From Chitinophagaceae bacterium (GTDB taxonomy: Bacteria > Bacteroidota > Bacteroidia > Chitinophagales > Chitinophagaceae), in contig DATDCP010000463.1 in NCBI GenBank assembly GCA_036524255.1, positions 1 to 44,589 of the forward strand: DNA of 44,589 nt, written 5' to 3'. The translations under genes were made by a program, and so were the position numbers. Every line of letters begins with the position of its first letter. Positions within the stretch are counted from its first letter, which is position 1. Shown here in pieces: positions 39,541 through 44,589 of this stretch. The notes beneath the pieces are model-generated. The model was not told the DNA's origin and searched no databases. It saw nothing but the letters and a program-made list of their open reading frames with translations.

Positions 39541-41808
39541 TTAATATAGGCGATCATTAACTACATTCTCTGTCCTGTCAATACCAAAGCTGAAAAAAGC
39601 ACCTAAATAAACAAACATTCTTGCGGGAGGTACAATTTGTTCTTTTCTTAATCCATTATAAGAATACTCATACCCATAAACTTGTTTTATATTAAAGGCA
39701 TTACTCACCTGCAAAACGTACACGACAAAGCTTTTGGCATCTGGTTTTCCAATCTTAGGCAGATAATTAAAAGAAATACTGAAATTGTGATAATCCTGAA
39801 CTTTTCCCATATCAGCAAAATAATACTTGCTTCCATCAAATCGTACATCATAATATGGCCGGCCACTGGCATAGTTATAGGCGCCATTGAATTGCATCTT
39901 CCAGGGCTGAACAAATTTCTTGATCACGAGGGAAGCAGTATGTACTGCGGCAAAGTTGGGAGTGGTAGCATAAGGAAAGTTCAAATAATCTCTTTTAGTA
40001 TCAAGAAATGAATAAGAGATCCAGTAATCAACATTCTTAATTGTTTTTTTATCTCGCCAGAAAAATTCAAATCCTTTTGCATCGCCAAATCCTTCGTTAT
40101 TGATAGCAACACCATTTTGTGAATTCAAAATCCCTGTCTTGATCAGGTTGTCATACTTCTTATAAAAGATCTCAGCACGAAAAGTTCTTACAGCATTTAC
40201 CTTCATATACTGAGCTATATAATGGGTTGCTTTCATAAATCCCAGGTTATTTGGAGAAGGCAGGTATCTTGCTTCAGGATTTTGATAGAATATTCCATAA
40301 GCCAGTGACGCTTGTGCTTGTTTAGCTACTTTATAAGCCAAAGAAAAACGGGGAGCAATATTTGTTTTATCGAGGTACGAAGATTGTTCTAACCTGGCTC
40401 CCACTTTCGCTGCCAGCTTGTTCGTTAGATAAATATCACTCTCTGCAAAAAGCGATTTTACATTTTCCTTTAATCTGCCTGGAAACTGCTGACCACTATA
40501 GGTAGTATAAACAGATTTTTGATCACTGTAATTATATTCACTACCAAACCGGATTGCTGATATCCCTTTTAATCTTCTTTCAAGTACCAGTTTTGCATTG
40601 AAGTAATTGCCATCCAGATCAAGATTAAAAGTTTTAAATTCAAGTCCGGGCAGCAGCACTTCGTTTTTACCGGCATCCTTCATCCCGGATTTTATATTAT
40701 CCTCGTTAAGTGTATAAGAAAATCCTGCATACATTTTCCATTTCTTACCAAGGCTTTCCTTCCAGGAAATGTTGTGATACATATTAAAATTTTCTAATCC
40801 AAACCGATCAAAATAACCAATTGAATCAAGGCTCTTCTCAGTAAAATCAAAACTGTTTTTGCCGAAATAGCCATAATATTTTATCATACCGGTTGCTGAT
40901 GTTTTAAACCGGAAATTAAAATCCCCGCTATGAATTGCCGGTACTTTGGAATAATCCTGTTTTTGCTTAATGACTGCAAAGGCCAACCCAAGATTGGTGT
41001 AACTATACGCTCCTCCCCAGGAGAATTTTTTATTTTTTGACAACTCCTGGTATCCGCCATTTACGCCAATGACTGATAAGCCAAAGCTTGCGGAAGTTCG
41101 TTCCGGCAAATCAATTGATTCAAGTATCAATGCAGATGACAAGGCTTGTCCATACAATGCTGAATAGCCTCCTGTACTGAACACTGTTCCTTTAAAAAGA
41201 AATGGAGAAAATCTTCCATACCCTGCAATGTTTGGGGCGCCGCCCTGGAAAAAATTATTGACTAGTGTACCGTCAATAAAAATTTTTGTTTCAGCTGCTG
41301 TACCGCCACGAACAAATAATCCCTCACTCTCTCCTACTTGCTGTGCACCGGGCAATGTTTTCAACGCACCCGTAACATCACCATTTGCACTTGCTGTTGT
41401 TACTATGTCAATCGGATTTAAAACAGCTGCTGCTCTTTTTCTATCGCTTGCCTCAAATGTTCCTGCGCTGATAACTACAGCGGATAATTCAGTTATTTCT
41501 TCTTTCAGCACAATATCAATTGTCAATATTCCTTTTCCTTCAAGTTTTATTGTTTGTTCAAATGGTCTATAACCAACAGAAGTTGCTGCTAAAATGAATT
41601 CACCTTTCTCAGAAGTTTTAAAAGAATATTTGCCGGACGAATCACTTGTAGCACCATCATAAGTATCCTTCAAGGTAATACTAACACCAATAAGAGGATT
41701 TTTTTTGTCTGTTACTTTTCCCGCAATTGTTGTTTGGGCCGAAAGCACATTAGAAACGCAAATAAGAAGGACAAAAAATAAAATTTGATTAATAGGTCTC
41801 ATGATCAT
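39541..41808 (-). CDS. TonB-dependent receptor with N-terminal carboxypeptidase-regulatory-like domain
   Basis: Signal peptide, then TIAGKVTDKKNPLIGVSITLKDTYDGATSDSSGKYSF..GYRPFEQ (CarboxypepD_reg). Plug motifs are present (..DIVTTASANGDVTGALKTLPGAQQVGESEGLFVRGG..), followed by a long barrel. Confidence 0.85.
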   Translation of the reverse strand: MIMRPINQILFFVLLICVSNVLSAQTTIAGKVTDKKNPLIGVSITLKDTYDGATSDSSGKYSFKTSEKGEFILAATSVGYRPFEQTIKLEGKGILTIDIVLKEEITELSAVVISAGTFEASDRKRAAAVLNPIDIVTTASANGDVTGALKTLPGAQQVGESEGLFVRGGTAAETKIFIDGTLVNNFFQGGAPNIAGYGRFSPFLFKGTVFSTGGYSALYGQALSSALILESIDLPERTSASFGLSVIGVNGGYQELSKNKKFSWGGAYSYTNLGLAFAVIKQKQDYSKVPAIHSGDFNFRFKTSATGMIKYYGYFGKNSFDFTEKSLDSIGYFDRFGLENFNMYHNISWKESLGKKWKMYAGFSYTLNEDNIKSGMKDAGKNEVLLPGLEFKTFNLDLDGNYFNAKLVLERRLKGISAIRFGSEYNYSDQKSVYTTYSGQQFPGRLKENVKSLFAESDIYLTNKLAAKVGARLEQSSYLDKTNIAPRFSLAYKVAKQAQASLAYGIFYQNPEARYLPSPNNLGFMKATHYIAQYMKVNAVRTFRAEIFYKKYDNLIKTGILNSQNGVAINNEGFGDAKGFEFFWRDKKTIKNVDYWISYSFLDTKRDYLNFPYATTPNFAAVHTASLVIKKFVQPWKMQFNGAYNYASGRPYYDVRFDGSKYYFADMGKVQDYHNFSISFNYLPKIGKPDAKSFVVYVLQVSNAFNIKQVYGYEYSYNGLRKEQIVPPARMFVYLGAFFSFGIDRTENVVNDRLY

Positions 41809-41874
41809 TTTCGCTTTGGGACAATAAAAATAAAGTAGTTTATAATATAAACCAAATTTATTTTTTGGGCTTTC

Positions 41875-41905
41875 AAATAAAAAAGGCTCCCTCTTGAGGA
41901 AGCCT
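41875..41905 (-). terminator. Intrinsic terminator directly after atpA
   Basis: On the minus strand, AGGCTTCC tcaaga GGGAGCCT (one mismatch) is followed by tttttatttg. Confidence 0.65.
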
Positions 41906-41928
41906 TTGATCTATTTTAAACCTTTAGC

Positions 41929-43512
41929 TTATTTTACCTTGTACTGTGGTATCAATTGCTTTGCCATCTCCACCATCTTCTTAAGTCCTTCTTCTGGCAA
42001 ATTACCTTTCTTGAATTCTCCCAATACATCAGGAAGTTTGTTTTCCATTTCCATAAGGAAATGATCTTCAAATTCTCTTACTCTATTTACAGGTACATCT
42101 TTTATCAAACCATTTGTACCAAGATAAATAATGGCTACCTGTTTTTCCACTGAGAATGGAGTGTATTGTGGCTGCTTCAAAATTTCCACGTTACGGGCAC
42201 CCTTATCCAATACATTTTTAGTAGCAGCATCAAGATCACCACCAAATTTTGAGAAAGCTTCCATCTCACGATAAAGAGCCTGGTCAAGTTTCAATGTACC
42301 GGCAACTTTCTTCATTGATTTGATCTGTGCATTACCGCCAACACGGCTTACTGAGATACCTACGTTGATCGCAGGACGAATACCAGAGTTGAACAAGTTT
42401 GTTTCAAGGAATATCTGTCCGTCAGTAATTGAAATTACGTTTGTTGGAATATATGCTGATACGTCACCTGCTTGTGTTTCGATGATCGGTAACGCTGTTA
42501 ATGAACCACCCCCTTTCACTAAATGCCTGATCGTCTCAGGTACATCATTCATTTGTTTTGCTACATTATCATCGGTAATAACTTTTGCAGCTCTTTCCAA
42601 TAAACGGCTATGTAAATAGAATACGTCACCAGGATAAGCTTCACGACCAGGAGGACGACGAAGCAACAATGATACTTCACGGTAAGCAACAGCTTGTTTA
42701 GAAAGGTCATCATAAATGATCAATGCTGGCCTTCCGGTATCACGGAAAAATTCACCGATCGCCGCACCAGCAAACGGAGCATAGAATTGTAACGGAGCAG
42801 GGTCACTTGCAGAAGCTGCGACGATGATCGTGTATTGCATGGCACCCGCATCCTGCAAAGTTTGCATAACGCCTGCAATGGTTGATGCTTTTTGACCAAT
42901 CGCTACATATATACAGTAAACAGGTTTACCTGCTGCGTAAAATTCTTTTTGATTGATAATCGTATCAACACAAATTGCGGTCTTTCCTGTTTGACGGTCA
43001 CCAATTACCAATTCACGTTGACCACGACCGATAGGGATCATCGCATCGATCGCTTTGATACCAGTTTGAAGAGGCTCTTTTACCGGCTCACGGAAAATTA
43101 CACCCGGAGCTTTTCTTTCAAGCGGCATTTCATAACGTTCGCCAGTTATCGGACCACGACCATCGATTGGTTCGCCCAACGTATTTACAACACGACCAAC
43201 CATTCCTTCACCAACTTTGATAGAAGCGATCTGTCCTGTACGACGAACTTTAGAACCTTCTTGTATACCACCAGTATCTCCCATCAATACCACACCCACA
43301 TTATCTTCTTCAAGATTCAATGCAATTGCACGAACCCCATTTTCAAATTCAACAAGTTCACCATAACGAACATTGCCCAATCCATAAACACGGGCAATAC
43401 CATCACCCACCTGCAACACGGTTCCTACTTCTTCCAGGTCGGCGCTGGCGTTAAAGTTGCTTAACTGCTGACGCAGTATCGCACTAATTTCTTCCGGTTT
43501 GATCTGTACCAT
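41929..43512 (-). CDS. atpA: F1 ATP synthase subunit alpha
   Basis: Walker A GDRQTGKT and highly conserved blocks (..[21 protein letters not shown].., ..[32 protein letters not shown]..). Confidence 0.97.
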   Translation of the reverse strand: MVQIKPEEISAILRQQLSNFNASADLEEVGTVLQVGDGIARVYGLGNVRYGELVEFENGVRAIALNLEEDNVGVVLMGDTGGIQEGSKVRRTGQIASIKVGEGMVGRVVNTLGEPIDGRGPITGERYEMPLERKAPGVIFREPVKEPLQTGIKAIDAMIPIGRGQRELVIGDRQTGKTAICVDTIINQKEFYAAGKPVYCIYVAIGQKASTIAGVMQTLQDAGAMQYTIIVAASASDPAPLQFYAPFAGAAIGEFFRDTGRPALIIYDDLSKQAVAYREVSLLLRRPPGREAYPGDVFYLHSRLLERAAKVITDDNVAKQMNDVPETIRHLVKGGGSLTALPIIETQAGDVSAYIPTNVISITDGQIFLETNLFNSGIRPAINVGISVSRVGGNAQIKSMKKVAGTLKLDQALYREMEAFSKFGGDLDAATKNVLDKGARNVEILKQPQYTPFSVEKQVAIIYLGTNGLIKDVPVNRVREFEDHFLMEMENKLPDVLGEFKKGNLPEEGLKKMVEMAKQLIPQYKVK

Positions 43513-43524
43513 ATTTCTATTTTT

Positions 43525-43728
43525 ACCCCCAACCCCTAAAGGGGAGTTTTGAAAATTTTCTTTTCAATATAGCAACGTAGGGATTCGATGCCTTTTATTT
43601 TATTTATGAAGCGAGCAACAGTAATTCTATTAAACATTTGTTACCTCGCACTCTTCAACATTCTGTAATTCTAATTATCAAAAGAACTCTTCCACCTAAG
43701 TCTCCCCTTTAGGGGGACAGGGGGTTGG
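43525..43728. repeat. ~200-bp element bounded by G/C-rich terminal inverted repeats (MITE-like) in the atpH-atpA spacer
   Basis: The left end is ACCCCCAACCCCTAAAGGGGAG (43525..43546). The right end is CTCCCCTTTAGGGGGACAGGGGGTTGG (43702..43728). They share CCCCTAAAGGGGAG in inverted orientation plus a C5/G5 run with a small indel. The interior is AT-rich. Confidence 0.45.
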
Positions 43729-44292
43729 TTATCTCACCTTATAAATAAAGTCATTATTCTCAAACTGCTTTGCTATCTCTTTTAGATCATACGCTATGCT
43801 TGCATCCACCATTTTATCTCCTGTCTGCAGAATAAACCCGCCAATGATATCTTCTTTCACAACAGTTTCCAGTTCTATATTCTGCATTTCTGTTGTTGAT
43901 CTGATATGATCAACAAATGCTTTTTTCAGATCATCACTCAATGGATATGCAGTAGTAAGTTGAACAGGAAATATTTTTTTTATCTCTTTGTACTGATGAA
44001 TAAATGCAGTTGTGATCTCGGGCAATGCACTTTCTCTTCCTTTATTGATCAGCAGCTGGATAAATGTATTCGTTAACAGGCCAATATTATTTTGTGCAAC
44101 AGCTTTTACAATTTTTCCTTTTGTATCAGACTTGATCACCGGGCTACGCAGCATTGTTACAAAATCACGATTGCCTTTACAAAGCGATTGCAACCATTCC
44201 ATATCATCAAACACTTTCTCAAGTTCACCCCTTTCAGTAGCAAGCCCGATCAGTGATTTTGCATATCTCGTAGCTAATCTTACGTTGGACAT
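43729..44292 (-). CDS. atpH: F1 ATP synthase subunit delta (OSCP)
   Basis: 187 aa. The start ..RYAKSLIGLA.. and the position between atpF and atpA fit the delta subunit. Confidence 0.85.
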   Translation of the reverse strand: MSNVRLATRYAKSLIGLATERGELEKVFDDMEWLQSLCKGNRDFVTMLRSPVIKSDTKGKIVKAVAQNNIGLLTNTFIQLLINKGRESALPEITTAFIHQYKEIKKIFPVQLTTAYPLSDDLKKAFVDHIRSTTEMQNIELETVVKEDIIGGFILQTGDKMVDASIAYDLKEIAKQFENNDFIYKVR

Positions 44293-44296
44293 ATTC

Positions 44297-44374
44297 AGCT
44301 TTTAGCTTTTAGCCCTTAGCTTTTAGCTGGCACCGTATTTTTTGCTAACGGCTAACAGCTAATAGCTAACAGCT
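44297..44374. repeat. Long imperfect hairpin made of heptamer repeats (AGCTTTT x4 facing GCTAACN x4) in the atpF-atpH spacer
   Basis: 44297..44327 pairs with 44344..44374. By hand I count 25 Watson-Crick pairs and 1 G-T pair over 31 positions, with a 16-nt loop. Confidence 0.7.
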
Positions 44375-44378
44375 TTCT

Positions 44379-44589
44379 TTAATTCAATTTTACTTCGTTA
44401 ACAAGCCCTTTAATATGAGCTTCCTGGTCTGCTTTATTCCCCAATTCCCTTCTTAATATTTTTTCAGAAACCTCGATCACCATTTTACCTACCTGGTTCT
44501 TTACATCAGTAATAGCCGCCATCTTTTGTGCTTCAATAGCCGCCATTGCTTCTGAAACTATTTTTGAAGCTTCAGTTTTTGCAGCTTCT
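44379..44589 (-). CDS. atpF: F0 ATP synthase subunit b, C-terminal part (5' end outside the window)
   Basis: My manual minus-strand translation gives ..EAAKTEASKIVSEAMAAIEAQKMAAITDVKNQVGKMVIEVSEKILRRELGNKADQEAHIKGLVNEVKLN* with the stop at 44379..44381. The charged helical sequence and the position upstream of atpH fit subunit b. It is not in the supplied ORF track because it is truncated. Confidence 0.7.
   Translation of the reverse strand, partial: EAAKTEASKIVSEAMAAIEAQKMAAITDVKNQVGKMVIEVSEKILRRELGNKADQEAHIKGLVNEVKLN

Noticed and set aside
42892-43464. A 190-aa ORF antisense to atpA, plus many similar 60-120-aa ORFs inside long genes (for example 1251..1529, 1910..2206, 4620..4853, 5016..5246, 8058..8243, 9254..9527, 10241..10471, 13081..13563, 15949..16305, 27108..27413, 39682..40011, 41228..41572, 44012..44305).
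   Set aside because: All lie fully inside, and mostly antisense to, much longer ORFs with clear family signatures. Their translations are low-complexity or biased shadows of the real frame.
43575-43592. A tRNA T-arm-like string (GGGATTCGATGCC) inside the atp spacer element.
   Set aside because: The flanking sequence on either strand cannot form an acceptor stem, anticodon arm or matching T-stem.

Overview
This is a 44.6-kb, AT-rich chromosomal segment that looks like Bacteroidota, probably a Chitinophagia/Sphingobacteriia-type organism. Three things support that: many proteins end in type-IX-secretion (T9SS) C-terminal sorting domains, promoters fit TTG(-33)/TAnnTTTG(-7), and Shine-Dalgarno sequences are almost absent. 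I support 31 protein-coding genes and found no rRNA, tRNA, CRISPR, transposase or integrase.

Housekeeping genes sit at both ends. On the left are an M20-type peptidase tail, OmpH/Skp, a HIT protein, greA, a 2-hydroxyacid dehydrogenase and rsmA; pdxA lies mid-window. On the right are atpF (partial), atpH and atpA.

The interior is accessory-like and dominated by secreted or outer-membrane proteins:
- Nine T9SS cargo proteins, including a 1474-aa protein with five tandem Cys-rich domains.
- Two secreted PQQ-type (GSDH beta-propeller) dehydrogenases flanking a TonB-dependent transporter.
- A translationally coupled ABC-2 exporter plus LolA-like protein, next to a large beta-barrel.
- A small wHTH regulator with twin membrane proteins.

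The most unusual region is 30.3-37.2 kb. It holds four tandem monocistronic cassettes for T9SS surface proteins with a shared tail and different heads. Each has its own consensus promoter, a long conserved 5' leader with AATCCGT motifs and a conserved stem, and, in three copies, a conserved ~140-185-nt structured element ending in an intrinsic terminator. That 3' element contains a segment complementary to the family's translation-initiation region, so it is my best candidate for an undescribed RNA-based regulatory layer.

Other structure of note:
- A ~200-bp inverted-repeat-bounded insertion between atpH and atpA.
- A 31-position hairpin built from heptamer repeats between atpF and atpH.
- Interleaved perfect inverted repeats between greA and the HIT gene.
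- A terminator-containing leader plus a rare strong SD at greA.

All product calls rest on motifs I recognise by eye. No database search was possible.
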